From positions 960,001-1,024,000 of the forward strand of contig JBEKKK010000001.1 in assembly GCA_050010755.1 (NCBI GenBank): a stretch of DNA of 64,000 nt. The letters are read 5' to 3'. The position numbers were made by a program, and so were the translations under genes. The notes under the pieces were generated by a model. The model was not told the DNA's origin. It saw only the letters and a program-made list of their open reading frames with translations, and made no database searches. The DNA is from Candidatus Bathyarchaeia archaeon (GTDB taxonomy: Archaea > Thermoproteota > Bathyarchaeia > Bathyarchaeales > Bathycorpusculaceae). Positions 49,342 to 58,895 of this stretch are shown here, one piece after another. The first letter of the stretch is position 1. Every line of letters begins with the position of its first letter.

Positions 49342-49868
49342 ATGAGTGAAGAAATTAATTGGGGAAAAGTCACAGAGATGGAGCAAGTCTTGCAGAAGGA
49401 TGATGAGGAAAAGCTGAAGCGCGTCCGCGTCTTCAACCCGAAAGAGCTTGTCAAGAGAGCCAAGGAAATCAGGGAACTTTACGATGATGACTTAGGCGTG
49501 ATACGATATAAACTACTGACATACGCGCAGCTAAACGAAATCATGGAGAAGCATCCTGAGAACAAGGATAGGAGCATGCAGCTTCTATTCAAAATGCTCG
49601 CACCGGCGAGTGAGGGCTTAACTCTTGAAGACATCAAAGCCATGCCATACGAAGTTGTCGCGCGCCTCTTAACGAAGCTGACGAAGGAAGGCAGTTTTTT
49701 TCCTCAGAAGCAATCGGCGAATGGGTCGGCTGCGACTCCATCGCCCAAACCGTAGGGTTCGTGGCTCATGAATACGGCTACACCCTACAGCAAATAGGCG
49801 AACTAACCCCGTTTCAAATTCGTTTCCTTGTCGAGTGGGCAAAATGGTTTTACAAACAGAAAGGTTAG
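49342..49868 (+). CDS. Tail assembly chaperone (49342-49755) with predicted -1 frameshift extension to 49868
   Basis: Slippery T TTT TTT at 49695-49701; the -1 frame stays open to TAG 49868 (…HEYGYTLQQIGELTPFQIRFL…). Confidence 0.78.
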
Positions 49869-49874
49869 GTCAAA

Positions 49875-51461
49875 ATGAGCAGCAACGAAATTGACATTCA
49901 GCTAATCGCATATGACGAAGCGTCGTCTGTGATTGAGAGCGTCGGCACTAACCTTTCCACAACCTTCACAGACATTGAGGGTAACACGCAAGACCTTGCA
50001 ACCTCAACTGATGACGCGACAAGCCAGATTTCCGCAAGTTACACTCAAGTCGGAGAAGCTGCCCAAAATGCTGCTGATGAAACTGAATCTGCAAACATGA
50101 GCTGCTCAAGCAGTGCATCATCCATGAACAGCGCGGCAATGGCTGGCATGATGCTCTACATGAGCTTCAACAATCTGGAGAACGCAGAGATTTCACTTCA
50201 GAAAGCTCACTTAACAGTTGAGAAAGACACATTAGCCGTCACTAAAGCACAGGAAGCCTACAATGCCGCCGTCGCCAAGTACGGCCCAGATTCCCAGCAA
50301 GCGAAAGACGCTGCCCAAAAACTCTCAGATGCACAAGGAACACTTCAAATCGCTGAGGAAAAGGTTGGCGAAGCTCAGAGGAATGTTACCAACTCGATGG
50401 TTATGGCCGCTCTTACCGTGATTCCAAGCTTAATCGCAGTCATAAACACGGTTTCAAACGCAGAGGACATCTGGGAGGGGATACAGTGGGCCTTGAATGC
50501 AGCGATGGATGCGAACCCAATCGGTTTGATTTGTCTCGCCATCGGTGCGCTTATTGCCGTTATCGTTGTGCTCTGGAATTACTGCCCACCGTTCAGAGAC
50601 GCCATAATTGAAGTTGGTAAAGTTCTTGGCGGAACGTTAAAAGAAGCTGTTGAAGCAATCACCGTTGGGCTTGAGTGGTTCTGGAAGAATGTTCTTGAAC
50701 CGCTTGGAAACTTCATCAAAGGGTACATGATCACAGAGATTAATGTGCTTTCCACTGTTGTAATGTTCTTGTGGAATAATGCCTTCAAACCACTTGGAGA
50801 CTTTTTGGCAGGTGCTTTCTACACAAGTATCAAGGTTATTTCAGACATCGTTAATTTTATGTGGGGAAGCGTACTCAAACCTTTTGCAGACTTTCTAATC
50901 GGCGCGTTTGAGGATGCTTGGAAGGGGCTTTCTGATATTATCCAGTGGTTTTACAATCTTCTGAAGCCCATCTTTGACGCCGTTGACACAGCTGCGAAAG
51001 CTCTTGGCGGCTTCGTTAAAGATGTTAGCGGAGCCATGGATAAGGCGGGTGGTGCGATTCAAGGCTTCATCAAAAGCGTTTGCTTCGCTCATGCTCTCTC
51101 AGATGCTGCTGACAGCAGTGAAAAAACTATGAAGAATTGGACGGGCATGGTTGACGATAGCATGAACAAGGGCCTCAAATCCATCAAAGACTTCAACGCG
51201 CAAGCTCAGATAGGCGGAACGGGAATGTCAGGCTCCATATCTGGCATGGGAGCTTTGCCGACAGGAGCGCAGAAGCCTACAACCGTGAACATTGAAACGA
51301 AGGCGCCTCTTATCAATATTGAAGGTAGCGCGGATAAGGCCACAGTTGATGCCGCGTCAAAGATGCTTCTTCAGCAGCTTAAAACGATTATTGTCGAGCC
51401 CACAAGCTCAGCAGCTGCGGCGACTCAGAAAAGAATCCGCTCAGGGAGTGTGTTTAGATAA
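49875..51461 (+). CDS. Tape measure protein (528 aa)
   Basis: IDIQLIAYDEAS start, AAMDANPIGL, periodic W/F repeats. Confidence 0.88.
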   Translation: MSSNEIDIQLIAYDEASSVIESVGTNLSTTFTDIEGNTQDLATSTDDATSQISASYTQVGEAAQNAADETESANMSCSSSASSMNSAAMAGMMLYMSFNNLENAEISLQKAHLTVEKDTLAVTKAQEAYNAAVAKYGPDSQQAKDAAQKLSDAQGTLQIAEEKVGEAQRNVTNSMVMAALTVIPSLIAVINTVSNAEDIWEGIQWALNAAMDANPIGLICLAIGALIAVIVVLWNYCPPFRDAIIEVGKVLGGTLKEAVEAITVGLEWFWKNVLEPLGNFIKGYMITEINVLSTVVMFLWNNAFKPLGDFLAGAFYTSIKVISDIVNFMWGSVLKPFADFLIGAFEDAWKGLSDIIQWFYNLLKPIFDAVDTAAKALGGFVKDVSGAMDKAGGAIQGFIKSVCFAHALSDAADSSEKTMKNWTGMVDDSMNKGLKSIKDFNAQAQIGGTGMSGSISGMGALPTGAQKPTTVNIETKAPLINIEGSADKATVDAASKMLLQQLKTIIVEPTSSAAAATQKRIRSGSVFR

Positions 51462-52492
51462 TGGTGCTCTTAGCTGAACAGGAAAGACTAATCGCTCAAG
51501 AAGCAAACCTTGTGAATGATGCGACCCAGTATGCAGCTACAACTGCAAGCTGGGTACTTCTGAAAGACTGGGGCAACATCACAATGCCCGCAGATGGCAT
51601 TCTACTCATAAAGTTTGACAGTTTCCTTGACACAACAGGGGGAAGCGGAGCCATAAGAATCAAGGTTGGCTCATATTACGTGCTCACATCTTGGACAAAC
51701 TTGGCAACTTCTCAGAGCTTTGGCACGGCAATCTGGCTTGCAGCCGGCACGTATGATATTCAAGCAGCTGGATACTTGAATGGCGCAGGAAGCAATTATA
51801 ACGTTTACCTCAAGAATTTCCAATGCGGCCTCACAGCCTTTAATGACGCCGTTGGCTCATCTGTGCACACATACAGCAGCGGAACAAGCTTAACGGTGAA
51901 TAACAGGAACACGCCAGCAGGGCCCCTTCAGCAAGCCACATATTTTGTTCAAGTTTACGCGGTCACATCTGGCGCCTCAACAACTCTTGAGAATATCGGC
52001 AACAATTACACAAACGGAGTCAGCATACTTGTTGATGGCGTGCAAGTCAACTGGAGCGAAGTTATCCCTGAAGAAAGTGGCAGCTCAGGAGGCACAACAG
52101 GGAAAATCAGCTTACCATACAACGTAGACCTTAGTCACACGGTCACTATAAGCAAGAGAAATGGTAGCACGGCCGTGACCATTAGCGTGATTGCATGCCC
52201 TTGGATTTTATCTTCAACTTTCGGCATCCCTGTGAACATTTACTTTAGTCAAGGTAGCACGCTTTATTGCATGCTTGAACCTTGGTATCTTAACCCTTCA
52301 ACAAAGTTCACAGGGGTTGGAGCCATTCATGGAGTCACATTCGGAAACGCGGATGACTTCTACAGCAGCATCACGGGAGCTGACCTTCAAGAGTTCAGTT
52401 ACATGATGGACATTGTGGACATTAACAACAATAATCTGATGGCTTCCGGCCTAGGCGCTTGTATCGGAGTCATCGCCGTGGATGCAAGGTGA
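51461..52492 (+). CDS. Putative tail tip/receptor-binding protein
   Basis: TAATG-coupled to the tape measure; beta-rich. Confidence 0.55.
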   Translation: MVLLAEQERLIAQEANLVNDATQYAATTASWVLLKDWGNITMPADGILLIKFDSFLDTTGGSGAIRIKVGSYYVLTSWTNLATSQSFGTAIWLAAGTYDIQAAGYLNGAGSNYNVYLKNFQCGLTAFNDAVGSSVHTYSSGTSLTVNNRNTPAGPLQQATYFVQVYAVTSGASTTLENIGNNYTNGVSILVDGVQVNWSEVIPEESGSSGGTTGKISLPYNVDLSHTVTISKRNGSTAVTISVIACPWILSSTFGIPVNIYFSQGSTLYCMLEPWYLNPSTKFTGVGAIHGVTFGNADDFYSSITGADLQEFSYMMDIVDINNNNLMASGLGACIGVIAVDAR

Positions 52493-52496
52493 TAAG

Positions 52497-53315
52497 ATGC
52501 CAACTTTTGGAAACACAAACTCGGGCGTGAACAGCCACGGAGAAAGCGCAAACGCAACTCATGGCGGAGTATTCTCGCTCTCACAAGCAGGTATCGTGAC
52601 AGCCCTGATCTTGTACTGTCAGATTCCAAACGGAGTACAAGTGCAATGCGCCGTTTACCGTGACAGTACTTTAGCATATGTGGGAAAAACCCAAACAGTC
52701 ACGGGCACAGGAGCAGCTGCAGCCTTTGTGCAATTTAGCTTCAGCGGAAATGGCCTTCAACTTGACGCGGATACTTATCAACTCTTGTTCAACGCATCTA
52801 GCAGTTACACGGCCTACGATAGTAGCTCATCAGGTGGCACACCTGTAAACTCGGTAACGGAAAATTTTGGCACGTGGCCGAACCCTGGCACATGGACACA
52901 TGCAAGTTCAGCCCTGAACTGGTGTATTTATGGCTCGTACACAGCGAACTCAAGCGTGGGTGTGATGCTTGATGGGCAGGCTTTAACAGTTCAAAAATGG
53001 TCTGAATCTTGTGCAGCTCAGGGAAGCAATTGGGACGCTTGGTATGGTGGTCAGTACAAACGAAAAGTCAAAACCTATGGCATCGTCCGCACGTACACGC
53101 TGACTTTTCTTGAGTATAATGTGTCATGGGCGAACAGTCTTGCCAACCTATACGAGCAGGACTGCCAGAATGGAAACGTCGTGACATTTTACAGCGACAC
53201 CGCTCAAAGGCCCGTGAACAGCGTGAGCGTCAACGTTTTGGACGTCACGTTTGACATGGAAAACCTTGCAGGACAAAACGTGCGAATCGTAACAGTAACA
53301 ATTCAAGAAGCATAG
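52497..53315 (+). CDS. Putative tail protein (C-terminal distal-tail-like domain)
   Basis: Beta-rich; ends RTYTLTF...VTVTIQEA. Confidence 0.5.
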   Translation: MPTFGNTNSGVNSHGESANATHGGVFSLSQAGIVTALILYCQIPNGVQVQCAVYRDSTLAYVGKTQTVTGTGAAAAFVQFSFSGNGLQLDADTYQLLFNASSSYTAYDSSSSGGTPVNSVTENFGTWPNPGTWTHASSALNWCIYGSYTANSSVGVMLDGQALTVQKWSESCAAQGSNWDAWYGGQYKRKVKTYGIVRTYTLTFLEYNVSWANSLANLYEQDCQNGNVVTFYSDTAQRPVNSVSVNVLDVTFDMENLAGQNVRIVTVTIQEA

Positions 53316-53407
53316 GAGCACTTTCGAACAGCTGGGCAAGATAACATTCGCAGGTCACGGTTCAAGAGGCACAATTTTCGCGAGTATCTGGTTATGAGGT
53401 TTGAAGC

Positions 53408-53614
53408 ATGGTAGAAGTTGATATTCTGGAAAATTTCGGACGAGAGGCCGAGCTGCGAAAGAAATGGTTAAAACAGTGGCAGCTGCTGGGGACTCGAATA
53501 CTGCGATTTCCCAAGTGGATGCAGACCATCATTCTGGAAGACGTGAACACCGCGATTGAGAACAGAGCGGCCACAATGGAAATGATACTACGCAGCAAGA
53601 AACATTCGACCTGA
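53408..53614 (+). CDS. Small protein, paralog of 38337-38651
   Basis: GAGGT SD; shared PxWMQxIxLxDxNTA motif. Confidence 0.7.
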   Translation: MVEVDILENFGREAELRKKWLKQWQLLGTRILRFPKWMQTIILEDVNTAIENRAATMEMILRSKKHST

Positions 53615-53627
53615 AGGTGTGGAAGAA

Positions 53628-54017
53628 ATGAAACGAAAAATCGAAGACGAAATCAGACAGCTCAGCCCTGGAGATCTCTGTTGCATCGACTGGTACGACG
53701 CCAGCATCGGCAAGAGTTTGAACAGCGGCATGGCCGTTGACGTGCCGGTGAAGAGCTGGGGCATTTTCGTGGGCGCGATGGGCCAGAGGAGCAAGCACAT
53801 TATTCTCGCCCAGAACAATTTCAGATATTCAGACGGTATGTACGACATCGACTACACCGCCGTGCCGGTTGCATGGACAATCGGGATCACAGTAATTCTC
53901 AAGAACTACCTCGCCTCGGATGACGTTAAGCATTTGCTTAACAGTTTTCTCATCGGCGGCAGGCGCACGGAAAGGAAGTTTCAGCAAAGGGCGTGTAACC
54001 ATGGAAGACTGGGTTAA
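53628..54017 (+). CDS. Hypothetical protein (SH3/Sm-like start)
   Basis: PGDLCCIDWYDAS...SWGIF. Confidence 0.65.
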   Translation: MKRKIEDEIRQLSPGDLCCIDWYDASIGKSLNSGMAVDVPVKSWGIFVGAMGQRSKHIILAQNNFRYSDGMYDIDYTAVPVAWTIGITVILKNYLASDDVKHLLNSFLIGGRRTERKFQQRACNHGRLG

Positions 54018-54267
54018 GCGGGCTCTCACCAGAAAGGGGCATCGCAAAGGCGCGCGCGGAGCTTTTGAAGACTTCGAGATCACACCCAACGAAGAGCTTG
54101 TTTATGGTGTCAAGTTTGCAATAGGCATGACAGTCTGCCTGAGCGCCATTGAAATTGCGCACATGGCCTTTCTACACAGCTGGAACAGCGAAGTGTTCAC
54201 TGCGATGACAGGTCTGACAGGATTGGTGACTGGCATCCTCATAGGCCATCGTGTTAGCGCGTGCTGA
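54001..54267 (+). CDS. Small two-TM membrane protein (holin-sized)
   Basis: MEDWVKRAL..., two hydrophobic helices. Confidence 0.6.
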   Translation: MEDWVKRALTRKGHRKGARGAFEDFEITPNEELVYGVKFAIGMTVCLSAIEIAHMAFLHSWNSEVFTAMTGLTGLVTGILIGHRVSAC

Positions 54268-54376
54268 CGAATCAAGTGAAAATCCACTCTCAGCAAGCAT
54301 AACAGCCCTCAGCGAACTGAGTTCCCCCCTTTTCATTGTTTTAATTCTCCTTCCCAGTTGCTAGTAGGTGTGAAAG

Positions 54377-55849
54377 TTGAGAAGACGAAAAGAATATTTC
54401 AGGATTCGACGCCTTGCCAGGCGCTACGATCGTAAGTCCGGTAAATTCACCATCAGCGTATCGTATGAAACGGCAACTCCGAAACCTTCAGACAGGGTTG
54501 TTGCAGTTGCCGAAGGCTTCGGCCTAGGCTTGGACAAGTGGGAACGGTTCGTAATCTACGACAACGTCCAGATTTCTATCTCCCAGACAGACATCGTCTA
54601 TATCACGGGTGACAGCGGCAGCGGCAAGAGTGTTCTCCTGCGAGCGCTGCTCAAAGATTTGGGAGACGAGGCAGTCGACATGAACGCTATTCCCATCGAC
54701 TCTGCCCGGCCGCTCATCGAAACTGTCGGCAAGACAGTTGAAGAAGGACTGGAGCTTCTCAGCCGAGTTGGCTTGAACGATGCTTTCCTATTTCTACGCA
54801 ACTACGATCAACTCTCGGATGGTCAACGCTACAGATACAAGATTGCCAAGCTCATTGAAAGCGGCAAACAATTCTGGCTCTTTGATGAGTTTTGTGCCAC
54901 TTTAGATCGGGATACTGCGAAGATTGTTGCATTTAACGTCCAGAAGCTTGCGCGGGCCCTTGGAAAGGCCGTCGTTGCGGCCACGACTCACATGGATCTC
55001 TTCGAAGACATGAAACCTAGCGTTCACGTCCACAAACGTTTCGGCGAAGAGATATCCATCAAATATTACCCGAACACCGCTGCACAAGAGTGCAGCCTGA
55101 TGGCCGAGATGCGTGTCGAAAAGGGCACAACAAAAGAGTGGAAAAAACTCGCCAGCTTCCATTATCGATCCCATAGGGCCGGTGCAGTTCGCAAGATTTT
55201 CTGCTTGAAACGCCGCGACGAGGAACTATGCGGTGTGATTGCCTATTGCTACTCGCCGCCCGAAGCTTACGGACGCAGAATGGTCCTCCCAAGAATGACT
55301 ATAGGGGAAATCAACCAAAAGCTCAGCATCATCAGCCGCGTCGTCGTGCACCCAAAGTACAGAACGATAGGCCTCGGCCGCCGGCTAATCCAAGAAACCC
55401 TGCCTCTCGTAGGAACGGAGTACGTCGAGATGCCAGCCGTCATGGCAAAATACAATCCCTTTGCCGAGCGCGCCGGCATGCGTAGAATAACTGAGCAGCA
55501 CCCCTCAAAAGATGTCCTGAAAATTGTAAATGTCCTTGAAGAAGTCGGGTTCAAGGCTCAGTTGCTCGGAAGCCAGAATTACGTTTTCGATGTCCTTCGA
55601 AATCTCAGCAGTGCCAACCTGGAAAGAGTCAGGGAGGCCTTCGCGAAAGGTGGACACGTGCGTTTCCTGAAATATTTCAGCTCTGATCTTCCATTCGGCC
55701 ACAAGGAAGAATACAAGGAAGCCGTCAGAACTGCGGATCTAGTGAAGCTCGCGGGGCTCATCAAGATCTGCGGTTTTCTGTTGCAGACAAAAGTCTACCT
55801 TTTTTGGCAGCGCCCTAAACGCGCGCTTAAAAGAAGGAAAAAGTGTTGA
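54377..55849 (+). CDS. ABC-type ATPase fused to GNAT acetyltransferase (COG2401-like)
   Basis: GDSGSGKS, LSDGQ, FDEF, ATTH; RVVVHPKYRTIGLG acetyl-CoA motif. Confidence 0.88.
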   Translation: MRRRKEYFRIRRLARRYDRKSGKFTISVSYETATPKPSDRVVAVAEGFGLGLDKWERFVIYDNVQISISQTDIVYITGDSGSGKSVLLRALLKDLGDEAVDMNAIPIDSARPLIETVGKTVEEGLELLSRVGLNDAFLFLRNYDQLSDGQRYRYKIAKLIESGKQFWLFDEFCATLDRDTAKIVAFNVQKLARALGKAVVAATTHMDLFEDMKPSVHVHKRFGEEISIKYYPNTAAQECSLMAEMRVEKGTTKEWKKLASFHYRSHRAGAVRKIFCLKRRDEELCGVIAYCYSPPEAYGRRMVLPRMTIGEINQKLSIISRVVVHPKYRTIGLGRRLIQETLPLVGTEYVEMPAVMAKYNPFAERAGMRRITEQHPSKDVLKIVNVLEEVGFKAQLLGSQNYVFDVLRNLSSANLERVREAFAKGGHVRFLKYFSSDLPFGHKEEYKEAVRTADLVKLAGLIKICGFLLQTKVYLFWQRPKRALKRRKKC

Positions 55850-56439
55850 GAAAACAAATAGGCGTGTCCGTGGATGCCCAGGTCTGGAACGGCTATCGAG
55901 AGGTTTGCACGCGTGAGAAACTTTGGCCCGTTGAGCCAATTGAAGAATTTCTCAAGTTTATCCTGAGGAACGGTTCAGCCCTGACAGCCATAAGCATGTT
56001 TCAGAGTATGGCAAGGGTGGAACCAGCGGCTTTCGAGACATATGCTCGAGTGTTACTCAACTGGTACAAGACGGGCCGATATTGGGTTCACGTGACAGAT
56101 GAGGTTGAAGCTCCCGTGGAACAAATGTTGCTACATTCCTTGAAGGACGTTGCCGACCCTCGTTTGCGCAACCAGATACAGGAAACTCTCATTAGCCCTC
56201 ACAAACGCTCAAGCCACAAGAATAGGAAAAGATTGATTGTAAACAATACTGCCGCCAAAGGAGAACCGCCAATCGAAATTGCACCTTCCGCCACGTCAGA
56301 AAGAATACAAGAAATCAAAAAACGAATCACCGGTCGGACCATGAACGCTGAAAAGGCAAAAAGAATGTTAGAGAAGATACATGAGATCCGAGAAAAACTC
56401 AGAAGTGACGAAAAAGACCGAAACAGGAAACGTGGATAA
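55843..56439 (+). CDS. Hypothetical protein with RHH-like N-terminus
   Basis: RKQIGVSVDAQVWNGYREVC; overlaps the previous stop. Confidence 0.6.
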   Translation: MLRKQIGVSVDAQVWNGYREVCTREKLWPVEPIEEFLKFILRNGSALTAISMFQSMARVEPAAFETYARVLLNWYKTGRYWVHVTDEVEAPVEQMLLHSLKDVADPRLRNQIQETLISPHKRSSHKNRKRLIVNNTAAKGEPPIEIAPSATSERIQEIKKRITGRTMNAEKAKRMLEKIHEIREKLRSDEKDRNRKRG

Positions 56440-56652
56440 AAAGAGCGGCACGCGCGCTCAAGACGCAAGAATGAACGAAAAGACCAGAGATAAATTATGC
56501 TTGATTTCGTCGCCACACAACATGGAAACTTACACTGCAACATTACACGGCAACATTACAACGGATGTAAAGAAAAAAAAGGGAGGGGGGCAGAATACAA
56601 ACCGTTATCCATAAACCCAGAAGTGGGTGTTCCGGAAATATGGGGCAAAATG

Positions 56653-58011
56653 TTACGCTGGTTCCATGTGAAGAGTGACAACTGTTTCGGGAAAGCGTTC
56701 TCTGAGCTGCTCTTCGATCTGTGACGCTATTTTGTGGGCTTCTTCGATCGTAATTTGCTTTGCGAAGCTGCAGTCGATGTTTATGTGCAGTTTCTTTCTT
56801 GCCACATAAGTTACTATTCCTTTGATGTGAATGGCTTGCCGATGTTTCTCCACTATGCTCTCGGCTGTGCGTCTGATTTCTTTCTCGTCAATCGCTGAAC
56901 CCTCTCGTCTCCTGGGGCTGAAAGGTTCCATGTGCACGGCCACGTTTTCCACTTCGGGTATTCTTTTTTCAATCGTATTTTCGATTTCTTGAGCTATTTC
57001 GTGGCCGGCTTCAACCGACATCTTTGGATCCACGTTGGCGTGCAATGTGACGTACAGTTTTCCTTCAGTGTGCACGGCGCTTACTTCATGCACTTCCTTC
57101 ACGCCTTGAACCCCTATGGCAAGATTCTCCACGAGCTTTTCAGTTGGGATTCCCTTTTCGTATGGCTCGGTGTGTATTGAAACGTCGCAGTTTCCGCACA
57201 CGTTCTTTATGTTTGATTCTATCTTGGAAGTCAATTCGTGGGCTTCCCCGAAATCAAGGTAGTCAGGCACTTGGACCGTTGCCTCGACGTAGGTCTTTTC
57301 TCCAGCTTTTCTCATTTTCAGGGATTCGAGTTTGCACACACCCTGTGTTCCCACTATTTCATGTCTGACAGTTTCGGCCAAATCCTTCGATATCGCGTCC
57401 GTCAACTCCATCCCGCTACTCCAAACCAGCTTGACACTCAGGTAGATTAACAGGCCAGCGAGAATCATTGAAGAAATGGAATCTCCATAGTGGAACCCGA
57501 AAGCCGCTAACGCGAATCCAATGAGCGCTATAAAGGTTGAGCTCATGTCTGCGATGGCATCATAATACCCGACTCGCATGCTTGTGCTTTCAATCTTGCG
57601 CGTTCTGCTGAATGTTCTCACCCTGAAAAAGTCCACACAGAGAGTGTAGCCAATCGCTATGAAGCCGGGAATTTCTAGTCCCGAGTTGATGCTTTGTCCT
57701 CGCATTATCCTCAAGACAGCCTCGTACACCAACAGCAATGCTATGATTACAAGCGAGAGTCCACCCACGAATCCCCCGACCGATTCGAATTTCTCATGCC
57801 CGAACATGTGTTCCTCGTCAGCAGGTTTAGCCGACTCGCGCACTGCTAAGAAGAGAACAATAGTAATTAGAACATCAAACAGTGCGTGCAAACCATCACT
57901 CACAATCGCAAGACTGTTCGCCGTCAGACCGACGATCATTTCAACGAAAACAACGCTTGTTATCGCAATTGCCGAGAGCTTAAGCGTCCTTTGTTTGAAG
58001 CCGCTTTCCAA
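56653..58011 (-). CDS. Cation diffusion facilitator with three tandem C-terminal dimerisation domains
   Basis: SLAIVSDGLHALFD, PADEEHMFGHEKFE; three HxEP-ending repeats. Confidence 0.92.
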   Translation of the reverse strand: MESGFKQRTLKLSAIAITSVVFVEMIVGLTANSLAIVSDGLHALFDVLITIVLFLAVRESAKPADEEHMFGHEKFESVGGFVGGLSLVIIALLLVYEAVLRIMRGQSINSGLEIPGFIAIGYTLCVDFFRVRTFSRTRKIESTSMRVGYYDAIADMSSTFIALIGFALAAFGFHYGDSISSMILAGLLIYLSVKLVWSSGMELTDAISKDLAETVRHEIVGTQGVCKLESLKMRKAGEKTYVEATVQVPDYLDFGEAHELTSKIESNIKNVCGNCDVSIHTEPYEKGIPTEKLVENLAIGVQGVKEVHEVSAVHTEGKLYVTLHANVDPKMSVEAGHEIAQEIENTIEKRIPEVENVAVHMEPFSPRRREGSAIDEKEIRRTAESIVEKHRQAIHIKGIVTYVARKKLHINIDCSFAKQITIEEAHKIASQIEEQLRERFPETVVTLHMEPA

Positions 58012-58276
58012 ATATTCCGAGCACTACTCGGAGTTACATCCATTTCCCGCCGATTTAAGAATTATGGGTTTCCAACGCGCGCTCTAAAATCAGAAGTAAC
58101 ATACACGCCCTTTAGCAACTTCAGCCTATACCAAAATAACGCACAGATCCGACATTCAACCTGATTCAAGGAGTAGCTGTGAATAAACCAGTTTATGTCG
58201 GCGCGTACGCGAGAACCTTCGTAGGCGAAGTTTTAATACGTTAGACCTTTGAAGTCTACTTGGAGTTCAGCTGAAA

Positions 58277-58750
58277 TTGGTCACTTTAACGGATTGGGCC
58301 GCTATTCTTTCGGCAGTGGCCGGAGTCTCTGCAACGGTCTTCATTTTGCTTCAGCTTAGACACATGGAGAAGCACAGGGATCTGGAGATTTCAATGAAGC
58401 TTTTCGATTGGGCGGAGACGGACCGTCTTCATAAGGCTTTCAGATGGGTTGAGGACAAGTTCCAGTTTGAAGACTATGAGCAATACAAGAAACATATGGC
58501 AGAAGACTACGAGGCGAGCGACTATCCTTACGAGGTCACAGCCTTCTTTGAAGAAGTGGGTTTCTTGATAGAAAAGAAATTCATAGACATCGACATAATA
58601 GCAGACCACCTCGATACGCACATAATCTCAAACTGGAAGAAACTGGAACCCTGGATCCTGGCGTTGAGAAAGGAGAAGGGCGACAAAACCTTTGGAGAGC
58701 ACTTCCAGAAGCTCTATGAAAAAACGATTGCATACATGAAAAGAAAATGA
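58277..58750 (+). CDS. DUF4760-like protein
   Basis: N-terminal TM; FFEEVGFLIEKK...W..L.PWI...HFQKL. Confidence 0.7.
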   Translation: MVTLTDWAAILSAVAGVSATVFILLQLRHMEKHRDLEISMKLFDWAETDRLHKAFRWVEDKFQFEDYEQYKKHMAEDYEASDYPYEVTAFFEEVGFLIEKKFIDIDIIADHLDTHIISNWKKLEPWILALRKEKGDKTFGEHFQKLYEKTIAYMKRK

Positions 58751-58895
58751 GAGCTGGCTTCGCCCACGCAGCTTCGTGAAAGATTCTGGTGACTTTCCAG
58801 CCAGCGTGGAAAGAGAAATTTCGAAAACTGCAAATTTCTGAAAAGAATGATGTGGAAAAGGTACGTTCCACATCATTCTTGGAAGAGCTGCCATT

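Larger units (their letters stand above)
34209..56439 (+). mobile_element. Siphovirus-type head-tail gene cluster (relic provirus or gene-transfer-agent-like)
   Basis: Co-oriented terL, portal, protease/scaffold, cement, MCP, connector, gp10, tail tube, chaperone and tape measure. No integrase or replication gene seen. Boundaries approximate. Confidence 0.85.

Noticed and set aside
43914-53315. Diversity-generating retroelement targeting adhesin or tail genes
   Set aside because: No reverse transcriptase and no TR/VR pair seen. The 13031/15409 repeat differs mostly at synonymous sites, not specifically at adenines.
56532-56564. Short tandem repeat (GCAACATTACA x2) at the right edge of the cluster
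   Set aside because: Only two units with no spacer structure or matching left-end copy; insufficient for an att site or origin.
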